A stretch of DNA of 63,700 nucleotides, filler included, from Licmophora abbreviata (lineage: Eukaryota), in the NCBI GenBank assembly GCA_900291995.1. It is 11 parts of 11 records of this genome, joined end to end, with 100 filler letters (N's around TTAATTAATTAA, not from the genome) between each part and the next. Parts side by side here need not be neighbours in the genome. Positions count along the whole stretch, not along the records: positions 1 to 30,723 come from OLMU01003012.1; 10 more parts are not named here. One strand, given 5' to 3'. Positions within the stretch are counted from its first letter, which is position 1, and each line of letters opens with the position of its first letter. Made by a program: the position numbers and the translations under genes. Below are positions 1 through 9,885 of this stretch, piece after piece. A model generated the notes under the pieces. The model did no database searches. It saw only the letters and a program-made list of their open reading frames with translations, and was not told the origin of the DNA.

Positions 1-487
1 CACCATCACATGAGAATGTCGGAGCACAATTAAGGACCCAATCGTCACGATACGAGCTGAGCGTACCCACTCGATCGGGCCAGACAACGCTTTCTTCACT
101 CTCCCAGAGATAAAGGCCTCGACTGTCCACAAAATTAGAGGCCCAGCCAAGGTTTGACGCTCTGGGTGTCGTCATCGACAAGGTGTCGCTGTGGCCATCA
201 GGAAACATGAACTTACTTGGTCTACTTGAATGTCAGAAGCGCTATCGTAAATGGTCTTTTAGGCGGAATAACCGGACGGGGGCAGTATCTCACATCATGG
301 TCGCGGGCGGGGGTCTCTTTTTGGAGGCTGAGATGCATTTGAGTTGAGACGAGTCGAGTGAGTCGAATAATATACTTCGCTCGTGCCAAAAAAGTCGCAC
401 GAGCTCTCAAGCTATATCATCAATTTTTCATCGGACTTCTACGTAGACTTTGTACCACGACTACGACGCCCTCGTGGCAAAGAATTC

Positions 488-2968
488 ATGGATCCAAGAC
501 TCCGACTGCTCACACAGCGATCAACCATGACGACGAGGACAAGCGGCGGCTCTTCGCCTTCTCGCTCCGCAGGAGGAGGAGGACAACGTCATGTTCGCAA
601 TACTTCGGAACCACTGTATCCTACTGGTTTTCTCGCGGCAGAAATCACGCTGTCCTTGAGCAGCGACGGCGCAAATACGACTTCACCGCCCAGACCAGTG
701 TTGCCGCCAGCTCCTCTGCGACCCCGCTTGTCGACGTTGGAACGACAATGGTCCACCAGCGATGTCTTACATACTCCCGGAGATACCTTCTTGCGATCAG
801 AAGAGAGTCCCTTTCATCAGAGCTGGGCGGGTAGTCATCTTTCTGTACGACGACGTGACGTAATGAGTCGCAGCTATAGCCTCAGCTCTGCCGGTGCTTG
901 GGGCTCCCCGACACGTCGCTCTGTATCCGCACTGGAAGGAGCGTCGAACGATTCCGCGGGAGATGTTGCTACTGGAGAGGAATCTATCATTCATGACGCC
1001 GCTCGTATTACCAATTGGCCGTCGGTAGCTTCCTTGTGTGAAACGCATCCGCAGCATGCCTCCTATGTCGGGCCTGATGGATGGACTGCACTGCATCATG
1101 CTTGCAATCGCCGGTGCCCTCATGCTGATGTTGTCGAAGCTCTCTTGAATGTATACCCAGACGCGCTTCTGCTGGAGGAAGAGAAGGGAATGACACCACT
1201 CCACTATGCGTGTCGCTTCAAGGCTCCAACGGACGTTGTGCGGCTGTTGCTACATCTGTATCCAACACGGGGGCAAGCGGTCGTGTCCAAGCGTGATCGC
1301 AAGGGAAGGACTCCGCTCTTTTACGCTGTACGATACGATGCTCCTACTGGTGTAGTTGAAATGCTTTTGGAGATTGATCCTAGTGCCGTGTTGGAAGAAG
1401 ATCGGAGTGCCGAGAGTCCGCTTGTGGTGGTTTGGGACTCGTGGGCCGAAAAGTTTGAAGGAAAAAAGACATTGCAGCCTTTTCTCACGCCGGATCCAGA
1501 AGTGTCTCATGAGACGCTGATGGAACAGCTGGAGGCACAGTCCAAACTGGCAAAAAAGTGGAAAACGGTCAATTTGTTCTTGCGCGCAGCCTTTGGGTTT
1601 CCCGGAGTTGACAAGAAGCGTGAAGGGATGGAGGAGACGAGAACGTGGCGGGTGCTGCATGCATGCTGTGCAATCAAGTGCCACCCGACGCTCTTTCAAC
1701 TATGCATGTCGCTGTATCCTGAACAAGTATCGCAGTTGGATGAACGCGACTTGTATCCTGACGTTGCACAAGAGACGGCGCTTCACTTGGCCACCTCCTC
1801 GCCGGCATACGGCGAGACGGGTCGCGTGATTCTCACAAGCTTGTTGGATATGTTCCCGGAAGCAGCACATATTCCCGATAGCAAGGATGGCAGTTTGCCC
1901 CTGCATCGCGTTGTGGAAAACGAACGCAAGTCGCACTGGACTCTCGAGGGCGCCAAGGACGTGTACGACGCCTACCCTTTGGCGCCTCGACAGCCGGACC
2001 GGCGTGGTAGGCTTCCACTCCATCGTGCCGCAGCGGCGCATCACCCGACGTCCACGATAAGGAGAGAAGAAGGTGGTGGTGCGGACGTGGTCGATGACGA
2101 AGACGACGACAACTCGGCGTCAATCATTTGCAATCTTGTTGCTGCGTACCCAGAAGCTGCTGCGTATTCTGACCATGATGGCCGACTCCCACTTCATGTT
2201 GTTGCCGAGCAGGGCGAGGTCTGGAATGCCGAGGCCGAAGCAATTTATCAAGCTTACGAGACATCCGTCCGCGTTCGAGCAGGCGCCCGGCTCCACCGCC
2301 GACTGCCGATACACCTGGCCGCCGCGAGTCCCGACACCCGACGATCTCTGGTAGAACGTCTTGTTGAACTTCACCCCCTCGGCGCCACCCAGCCAGACGC
2401 ATTGGGCAAGCTCCCTCTTCACTTGGCTTGCGAGTCCGGCAAAATGTGGGACAAGGGTGTCAGTGCTATCTACAATGCCTTCCCCAACGCAATTCGACAA
2501 CCGGAAGGGAACTCCCGAAGATGGTACGCCTTGACCATGGCTGCCGCAAGTCCCAACGCCAGTTCGACCTTGATTCAGGAGCTTGCTCGGCTACATCCGG
2601 ATGCTGCGGCCGAGACTGATGATCAAAGGCGGTATCCTCTTCATTGGGCCTGCGCCTCGGGCAAAAGTTGGGAAGGAGGTGTACAAGCGATCTTTCAAGC
2701 TAACCCTGTCGCCTTACTGGCCGAAGACCACCTTGGGCTACTTCCGTTTCACGTAGCCGCGTTTCAGTACTGCGAACCCTCGCCGTCTATGGCAAGTACG
2801 GCTTGCATGGAGCGGGAACAAGGTCAATCGGAAACTCGCCTTCCTCATAGAGGAGTCAGTCGCGCGGCCAGGATTTCGGAACGGACTCGTCGGGAAGAGG
2901 ATGTCCCCAAGATTGAAATTCTGTTTCATCTCCTTCGCGCAGATCCGAGCATTCTCGATTGTCGTTAA
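488..2968 (+). CDS. Ankyrin-repeat protein (many degenerate ankyrin repeats, Ser-rich disordered N-terminus)
   Basis: The long ORF 383..2968 starts at GTG; the first ATG is at 488. It has repeated ankyrin motifs GWTALHHAC, GMTPLHYAC, GRTPLFYAV, GSLPLHRVV, GRLPLHVVA, GKLPLHLAC, RYPLHWAC. Confidence 0.85.
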   Translation: MDPRLRLLTQRSTMTTRTSGGSSPSRSAGGGGQRHVRNTSEPLYPTGFLAAEITLSLSSDGANTTSPPRPVLPPAPLRPRLSTLERQWSTSDVLHTPGDTFLRSEESPFHQSWAGSHLSVRRRDVMSRSYSLSSAGAWGSPTRRSVSALEGASNDSAGDVATGEESIIHDAARITNWPSVASLCETHPQHASYVGPDGWTALHHACNRRCPHADVVEALLNVYPDALLLEEEKGMTPLHYACRFKAPTDVVRLLLHLYPTRGQAVVSKRDRKGRTPLFYAVRYDAPTGVVEMLLEIDPSAVLEEDRSAESPLVVVWDSWAEKFEGKKTLQPFLTPDPEVSHETLMEQLEAQSKLAKKWKTVNLFLRAAFGFPGVDKKREGMEETRTWRVLHACCAIKCHPTLFQLCMSLYPEQVSQLDERDLYPDVAQETALHLATSSPAYGETGRVILTSLLDMFPEAAHIPDSKDGSLPLHRVVENERKSHWTLEGAKDVYDAYPLAPRQPDRRGRLPLHRAAAAHHPTSTIRREEGGGADVVDDEDDDNSASIICNLVAAYPEAAAYSDHDGRLPLHVVAEQGEVWNAEAEAIYQAYETSVRVRAGARLHRRLPIHLAAASPDTRRSLVERLVELHPLGATQPDALGKLPLHLACESGKMWDKGVSAIYNAFPNAIRQPEGNSRRWYALTMAAASPNASSTLIQELARLHPDAAAETDDQRRYPLHWACASGKSWEGGVQAIFQANPVALLAEDHLGLLPFHVAAFQYCEPSPSMASTACMEREQGQSETRLPHRGVSRAARISERTRREEDVPKIEILFHLLRADPSILDCR

Positions 2969-3499
2969 GGATCTATCGCGGTGACATGATCTTAGTTAGT
3001 GTACGCTGCAATAGTTATTTCATAGCAATGGAAGGGTTGCCCGTAATTGAGTGATTAGTTGAGTCGACTGCAAATTGATTGAGATCACGCCCTTGTAAGT
3101 AATAGAAGTATGGCTTTTGGGTGCTATAATTCCACCACGAGGCAAACTTAGCGTCGTATAGAGTAGTGCACCGCGCTTCGGCTTGTCTGAAGCTACAGCA
3201 TGGCAATCTTCAGAGCTTAGCTGTGCTGGTGCCCCTGACCCGCGTGAGAGGGCCGCACGATATGTTAAATGTGACGGTCGAGTGAGTCGACTGGTGGCTC
3301 TCTCCCCATTCACACTGATGGTCTCATCATCAGCGCCGCCGCAATCTCGAAGTCGATCATGGATGATACCCAAAGCCAAAGGAAGAGCCGAAAAGAATTT
3401 CAAGCACAGGTCTGGACAGTCGTGATCGAAAGATAGAAAGTCTTCGGCTTCGGTGAACAATCAAGCAGAAGTTTCGTCGAGGGTCTTCGCCTCATCGCC

Positions 3500-4477
3500 A
3501 TGCAAACCTCACCGAACACGAGTAGCACACCGAGTCGGACGCCGGCAGCCGCTGCTGCAGCTCCACACTTTGCCGCTTCAGAGTTGAATAGCAATCCAAC
3601 TGGAGCTCGATTCTCTGTCAATGAAAACTCTAGCATTTTCCGAGAACTCTACGAGATGCAGATGTTGATACGTTCTGACCACCGAGAGGAGGAACGAAGA
3701 GCCGACGCGCTACGTCGCGAAAACGAAGGTGCACACCGAGAGCAAGAGCGTGAACTTCTTGAGGCGGAGCGGCGTGAACGTGAGGCAGAGCGTCGTGAGT
3801 TTGAGGCACTGTGTCGAGAGAGAGAGGCGGGTCGTCGGCGTGAGCGTGAGGTAGCGCATCGGGAACGAGTGGCAGAGCGCCGTGCGTTAGAGACAGAGCT
3901 GCGCGAAGACCGTCGTCTGAGACACAAGCAGACGATGCAAATGATGCAGCTCCTGCTTGACCGTGTCCCGCTACCAGAAGCTAGGAATGAGGTCGGCAAT
4001 CTCCAGTCCACAATGACACAATACGGCTCTCCGCGTTCGGGAACAGCCGACCCGCGCCGCGGTACTCTGCCGCGCGTTCCCGGCTTGGGCGAGAAGAGAG
4101 CCGCCCTTGCAGGTGCATTCGCTCCTGATGCTTCGGACTCTCGTACCAATCCTGTGAACAATGGCACAGCCAAAGTCAAGTCGGTCGCGAAGTGTCAGCC
4201 TGGTAAGAGAGGGAGCAAAGGAACGAAAACAAAGGCAAAGGCCTCTAAGGATGCGACAAGTTTTGCAAAGAATCCTCCGACGGCAAAAAAGAGAAAGAAC
4301 AGCGGCCCTACGGTGTCGAAGAGTTCTAACCGGAAGAAAAAGATTCGGCTGCATCTTTGCCGTCTGGGAGCAAGAAAGCCAAGAAGAACCCAATCCAACC
4401 AGCTCCCGTTACCTCTTCCTAGAGGTCATCACCGAGAAAGACAATTGAAAGGCGGCGCTAGAAGCACGAGACAATGA
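3500..4477 (+). CDS. Hypothetical protein with an Arg/Glu-rich coiled coil and a Lys-rich (NLS-like) C-terminal region
   Basis: ATG-initiated 325-aa ORF with an ERRERE-type charged helix and KKRK/RKKK clusters. No family recognised. The C-terminus may be frameshifted near 4337-4341. Confidence 0.55.
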   Translation: MQTSPNTSSTPSRTPAAAAAAPHFAASELNSNPTGARFSVNENSSIFRELYEMQMLIRSDHREEERRADALRRENEGAHREQERELLEAERREREAERREFEALCREREAGRRREREVAHRERVAERRALETELREDRRLRHKQTMQMMQLLLDRVPLPEARNEVGNLQSTMTQYGSPRSGTADPRRGTLPRVPGLGEKRAALAGAFAPDASDSRTNPVNNGTAKVKSVAKCQPGKRGSKGTKTKAKASKDATSFAKNPPTAKKRKNSGPTVSKSSNRKKKIRLHLCRLGARKPRRTQSNQLPLPLPRGHHRERQLKGGARSTRQ

Positions 4478-4596
4478 TAATTCCTACAGCAAGCGTATCG
4501 CAATCAATACTTTTACGTGTCCTCTACTTATTATCACCCGCTGATGTTCTACTATGATGTAATACGACTCAAATCACTTTGTACTAGGTATCATCA

Positions 4597-5802
4597 TCAA
4601 GATTCGTCAGGATATCGATCTATCCACTTTCCTTCGAGAAACAGCTTGACAACCTCTGCGTGAAGGTCTGCATCGTTGCTGGCAATAATTCCCTCGCTGT
4701 TTTCCGATTCTTCTCGCGACTTGAGATAGTCCAATTCATTCCCGAATTTATCCGTCACCTTGCCACCCAACTGCCGCAACAGAGCGTCCGATGCCGCGAT
4801 ATCCCATCGCGACGTGCCACTCTTGGGGAAGAACCACAGTGCCTCGTCCCGCGTCGGGAGTACCAACAGGAGTGACTTGGCACCGGCTCCACTGCAGAGA
4901 ATAAAATCGGGATTGAGAACGTTTCGTGCCGCTAGATCATTGACGAAATCTTGCACGAGTCCTTCGGAACGCGAGGATGAAATCACGGCACGAGGCAAGT
5001 TCCCTTTGGTCGTCGGTGTCGCACAAGCAGGGCCTCCCGCAAGGAAGACTCCATTCAACAATTCACCGCCATAGATGGCCACGCATCCCGTATCGAGCAT
5101 GGTCGGCTTGTCGTCGTAGCCGAATGGCTTGCAAATGACGCCAAAGTAGGGTCGATTGTCGAGAATAATGGCAATGAGGACCGTGACCGAGTCGTAGTCA
5201 CCATTGGCATAGGACTTGGTTCCATCGAGTGGATCGACAAAGATACGAACACGAGTCGAATTGACAATGATATCAGGTCGATCCTTCAACTCTTCATTTT
5301 GTTCTTTGTATCTACGGTGCACCTCGGCGTGCGCCCAGTCGTACAGTGCTGCATCAGCGTCCTTGTATGGATCCGTGTGGTCGGTATGCTGCATCATTTC
5401 TTCTTCCGACTCTTCCCCCACGATCATGACAGTCTTGGAAACAGTCCTGAGCATTCGCACGATAGTCCCCTGCGCTGCAAAGTCGGCATCCGTGACAACA
5501 CTGCCGTCTCCCTTGAGGCGAGCGTTCTTGTGGGACGATGCTGGTGCATTGTCGTCTTCGTCGTGGATGGAGGAGCGTTCTCGAATGGGACGAGACGCCG
5601 CTACTGTGGATGCTAGTGCGGAGGCGGCCAAGTCCAACAAGTTCACTTGTGTCTCAGGCGAGCCAGCAGGGGAAGCACTGATGGTAGAGGTAGACATGGG
5701 TCTAATAGTGTAGCGGCGTTGAATTCGAAACGAAGCAGTTGACAGCGACGAGGAAGAGATTCGGCGCAACAGAGTGACACACAGGGGTCGACTCCAGATC
5801 AT
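4597..5802 (-). CDS. Inositol monophosphatase family, 3'(2'),5'-bisphosphate nucleotidase (BPNT1-like), with organelle presequence
   Basis: Motifs VTDADFAAQ, IVGEE, FVDPLDGT and RWDIAASDALL; Arg/Ser-rich N-terminus; first ATG at 5802. Confidence 0.85.
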   Translation of the reverse strand: MIWSRPLCVTLLRRISSSSLSTASFRIQRRYTIRPMSTSTISASPAGSPETQVNLLDLAASALASTVAASRPIRERSSIHDEDDNAPASSHKNARLKGDGSVVTDADFAAQGTIVRMLRTVSKTVMIVGEESEEEMMQHTDHTDPYKDADAALYDWAHAEVHRRYKEQNEELKDRPDIIVNSTRVRIFVDPLDGTKSYANGDYDSVTVLIAIILDNRPYFGVICKPFGYDDKPTMLDTGCVAIYGGELLNGVFLAGGPACATPTTKGNLPRAVISSSRSEGLVQDFVNDLAARNVLNPDFILCSGAGAKSLLLVLPTRDEALWFFPKSGTSRWDIAASDALLRQLGGKVTDKFGNELDYLKSREESENSEGIIASNDADLHAEVVKLFLEGKWIDRYPDES

Positions 5803-6442
5803 GCGCACGCCAGCGAAAACAGGTCTCTTGGCGGCAATGATGGTATGATATAATACGAATCAATCCAACCCCGTGTCAGTGGCAACTCAGCAGCCCTAGT
5901 TTCTTGCGATCCTCGATCATCCACGAACCGAGACACACAGTGGTGCAAAGTGGCAAGACTGTTTTGGCGTGACCTTAGCATCACACGCGGGATGCTGTCT
6001 GGCATTTGGCGCGCCCGATTCAGTTTCAAGCGGCCGTTAAGTATATAGAAATGTAATACAGAGCGTAATAGCCTTATTCGAAGAGCTTTTCATACTGCAA
6101 TAAATAGTGCTCTAACGTGATATTCTGGTAATAAGCATTCATAACTAAATACAACATGAGAATGGATCCCATGCTCTTGGCATAGTCGTCGTCCTGTAGA
6201 ATCTACGTCCTGTCGGATTTCATACTGAAGATACTCATATTGTATATGCTACATATCATTTTGTTTTTAGAAACCAGCAAGCCGGACGTTGGAAGGACCT
6301 GCAATGCCGCGCCAAAAAAATAAACCGCCCTCGCCTTTTTGTGTGCTGCGTGAGATGATGGCAATGACAACATCACCATAATCCCAGCGGCCCAGCGGCG
6401 GCTTTTATCTTGCAAAAGGCACTTCACTGTGACGAACGAACC

Positions 6443-7788
6443 ATGATAGTTCTTTGCCGGTCTGCTCTGGCAGCAGTGAGAGGATCACGTACACGAGTAT
6501 CCTCACGATTCCTTCACCCTGGCTCTCCCCATCGACGGACATCTGCTTCATCACGGTCGCGGTCGCCTCTCCTACCGGTATCCAGTAATCTCGTCACTTC
6601 CCACCTGCTGCTGCGGCCCTCCCAGTCTTTCACAAGATATTTGTCGTCGCATCCCTTTGTCCTCTCTCACCCTTCGCAAGTAGACAAGGATGACTCGAAG
6701 ACAAGAGGACGCATCGTCTGCATCACGTGAGTCGAGTCCTTTCGTTTGTACCTAGTCGTCTCTTCAAGAACCTTGTTCTTACCACCTTTCACGCAATTTC
6801 ACCCCGCAGCTCTGGAAAAGGCGGTGTCGGCAAGACCACCAGTGCCGCATCCTTTGCCATGGGACTGGCACAGCGAGGAAACAAAGTATGTGTCGTCGAT
6901 TTCGACGTGGGACTGAGAAACTGTAAGATTATAGAGAAGTATTTCGTACCGGTACCAACACGACAAATGAGTCGAATCGAGTCTCACGTCCTTGTCCACT
7001 CCTTCGTTACATTTTATAACACAGTGGACCTTCATCTTGGTGTGGAACGTCGCGTCATTTTTGACCTGGTCAATGTCTTGTTGGAAGAATGCACACTGCC
7101 TCAGGCGATTTTGAAGGACAAGCGCGAACCCAATCTAGCCATGTTGGCGGCCTCGCAAACGCGCGACAAGGAGGTGCTCACTGTGGAGGGAGTGGAAAAG
7201 GTACTGGCTGATCTGGCCAACACCTTTGACTATGTCGTCTTGGACAGTCCTGCTGGAATTGAAAGCGGAGGTGAGATGTCTGTTGGATTCATTGATTCAT
7301 GTCATGTACATTCGACACTCATCCCGCGGTCGCGTCGTTCTTTCCATTATTATTGTGTAGCCAAGCACGCCATGTACTTTTGCGACGACGCCATCATTGT
7401 CACAAACCCTGAAATGAGTTCCATCCGAGATGCCGACAAGATGGTTGGATTCATTTGGAGCAAGTCGCGACGGGCCGAAATCGACGCCAAGCCCGTTACG
7501 CAGACCGTATTGATCAATCGGTATGATGCAGCGCGTGCCGAAGCCGAAGAGTCATTGTCGATTGCCGACATTGAAGAACTGCTTGGACTGGATGTAATTG
7601 GAGTCATTCCTGAATCCAAGGATGTTCTGCCATGTACCAATATGGGCGCACCCGTCATTACTCTCGCCGACAACGTTCCCGCCGCGGGTGCCTATCGCGA
7701 CATGGTCGATCGGTTTCTAGGCGAAGAGGTGGAGCTGCGCTACACTACAGCCGAACCGGTTTCCTTCTTCAGCAAATTATTCGGATAG
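6443..7788 (+). CDS. minD: Nucleus-encoded septum site-determining ATPase MinD, probably mitochondrial; 4 exons
   Basis: GT-AG introns at 6727-6809, 6923-7024 and 7271-7360. Splicing restores RIVCITSGKGGVGKTT (deviant Walker A), DFDVGLRNLDL, DSPAGIESGA and TNPEMSSIRDADK. C-terminal amphipathic FFSKLFG; Arg/Ser-rich, acid-free presequence. Confidence 0.93.
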
Positions 7789-7868
7789 GAACACTACCAG
7801 AAACAGTAAACTACTATAGAAGTTCAAGTATACTAAACTCCATCGACAAAGAAAGCGTTGTCAAAGGT

Positions 7869-9470
7869 TCAGACGGGAACGATACGGGCCGAGCCCTTGC
7901 CGCGGTTGCCGCATTCTCGGCAGCTGCACTTGCCAGTGCAAGGGATATTGAAGCGAAAACAGTCGCAGTAGCGCTTGAGACATCGATTGTTCTTGCAGGC
8001 GCAACCTGATCCGATGGCTTTCGCCTTAATAGTAAATGCGTCAGGCCGCTTCTCCAAAGCTTGCTGCATTGCCAGCTTCCGACTTCCACCTTCACCGCTT
8101 TCGGCATCAACGTTGAGACACTGAATGCAGGCGCAGGCTGCGTTACACGTCCTACCATTGTGGAAGCAGTCGCAGTAGAGTTTGAGACAACGGCTCTTGA
8201 CACAGTTACAGACAATGTCTCCTGGAGTACGAGGTACAGCATCTCTCTTGCCTCCCGTGAAGGCGCGGGGGTTGCGAGCAAGAATGTTCTTGATAGCGCG
8301 GGTGCGCTCGACTTGAGTTGCCTCTGTGTTCTTACAGTTCGTGCAGGAACAGAACTCGGCACACCGACGACCTGCCTTGAAGCAGTCGCAGTAGAGCTTG
8401 ATGCAGTTCGACCGGGGACAACTGCAGCCAGTCGGATTTTCCTGGAGTGGACCAAGCTCCAGTGTTGCGGTGCATAAGAGGTCCAGCTTGCTTGCCGTTG
8501 TCTCGTCCGGGGGGCTGTCACCAGTCTTGAGCCGCTTGGGAGGAAGTCCGTCGTGCGACACTGTAGCGCGCTTGGCGCCTGCCATCGGAGCGTCGTCGGG
8601 AGGCGTCACCTTGGGACGGTAAGATGAGGACGAAGTGCCCGCAGCAATACCCTCAGATGGACCTGACGCCGTCGGTAGTCTACCTGGAGGAGACGTCGCT
8701 CTCGCCAAAATAGGGTGGGAAGAAGAAGAACCATAGTAAACGCCGGTAGATCTTCCCGCAGGGCGATGATAGCCTGGACGTTGGCTTCCATTGTACTTCT
8801 GGTAGGAAGCTTCTGCGCTTTCTTGGAAAGAGGACAATCTGTCGGCCGAATACTTGTACGAGGAGGACTCCCGCGATGGTACGGGTGCATATGTCTGCCG
8901 AGCATAGTATGTGCCGCGCGCCCCTCGTGCTGTCTGGTAGTGGTAACTCGGGTTTGCATACACACTTGTTGAGGTCGAAGGACGGCCGTCGATGTCTCCA
9001 CGTGCTGTGCGGTAGCTCCTAGATCGATTGCGCTGCCAACTACCTGAAGGCCACGTCCTCGAGGCGGCTGGTGGATGGTGGTATGGGTCGCCCCGCCATG
9101 TCGGAGTAGGCTGGATCGCAACCTGCGCGTGCATTCTCTCAAAGTGACTTTGAGAAGAGAAGTCGGTGTTCCTACTCAGGGACGTTGACGGGTACCGTGC
9201 ATATGATGCAGGAGTCGCATCCCGCCGTGTTGACGTTGTGGTGGTCGAAGAGCGAGCTCCTCGGCTGGATCTCGGCACTTCGTCAACCGCTTGGCGAGGA
9301 ACGGTGAAAGTATCAGACTGGCGACCGTTGTCATCTCGTTCCTCGTTCCACGAGCGGCCCTGCCGCAGAAGTTCAGCGATCGCCGGTGCGGGCTGAGAGG
9401 TGTATCGAGAGTCCCTCGGTTGCTCTTCGTCGCTGGCGGTCGCGGGCATGCCGACCCTCTGTTCCGCCAT
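7869..9470 (-). CDS. Tesmin/TSO1-like (LIN54-type) CXC/CRC-domain DNA-binding protein
   Basis: Three CxC-x4-C-x3-YCxCF Cys clusters joined by RNPRAF and KRPDAF linkers. Start taken at ATG 9470; the ORF extends to 9521. Confidence 0.88.
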   Translation of the reverse strand: MAEQRVGMPATASDEEQPRDSRYTSQPAPAIAELLRQGRSWNEERDDNGRQSDTFTVPRQAVDEVPRSSRGARSSTTTTSTRRDATPASYARYPSTSLSRNTDFSSQSHFERMHAQVAIQPTPTWRGDPYHHPPAASRTWPSGSWQRNRSRSYRTARGDIDGRPSTSTSVYANPSYHYQTARGARGTYYARQTYAPVPSRESSSYKYSADRLSSFQESAEASYQKYNGSQRPGYHRPAGRSTGVYYGSSSSHPILARATSPPGRLPTASGPSEGIAAGTSSSSYRPKVTPPDDAPMAGAKRATVSHDGLPPKRLKTGDSPPDETTASKLDLLCTATLELGPLQENPTGCSCPRSNCIKLYCDCFKAGRRCAEFCSCTNCKNTEATQVERTRAIKNILARNPRAFTGGKRDAVPRTPGDIVCNCVKSRCLKLYCDCFHNGRTCNAACACIQCLNVDAESGEGGSRKLAMQQALEKRPDAFTIKAKAIGSGCACKNNRCLKRYCDCFRFNIPCTGKCSCRECGNRGKGSARIVPV

Positions 9471-9651
9471 GACACCAGCGCTGCAGTGAAAGATCATGCT
9501 GGAAAAAATGCGGCAAAACATAGGTGCAATACTTTGAATTTCCTTGTTTCCGAGGATGCCCTTCGGACTTTCAGGGGAAAGAAGTTTCTTTCACATGTCT
9601 GTTGCCATGTGTGGGCCGTTTGTTGATTTTGTGAGACTAGATTTTCGCATG

Positions 9652-9674
9652 TTTGAATGTACGGCGCGCCAAAA
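9652..9674. promoter_or_regulatory. Candidate CHR-like (TTTGAA) and E2F-like (GGCGCGCCAAAA) elements upstream of the CXC gene
   Basis: TTTGAA at 9652-9657 (also 9533-9538) and GGCGCGCCAAAA at 9663-9674; motif match only. Confidence 0.4.
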
Positions 9675-9885
9675 TATTGTACCGGAGTCGACGTACCTCC
9701 GTCGTAGTACTTTTCTGCGAAGTGGTATGATAGTCAACGGTCCATGGTCAGAATGAGTGTGTCGGAATTCATGTGCTACCTCTTTATTCAGAATGTAGCG
9801 TCAATGGTTGTATACACAGTCGATGGAACCGATAGTGTGCTATCGTGACAAATCGAAAAAAATCTCCTCTCTATGCTCAAACACT

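Noticed and set aside
1..209. Open minus-strand frame running off the left edge (MFPDGHSDTLSM...)
   Set aside because: It is too short and has no motif; it may be a partial exon but cannot be supported.
6727..7788. minD as bacterial contamination or part of a minCDE operon
   Set aside because: It has three spliceosomal introns, a presequence exon and eukaryotic neighbours, with no adjacent minC or minE.
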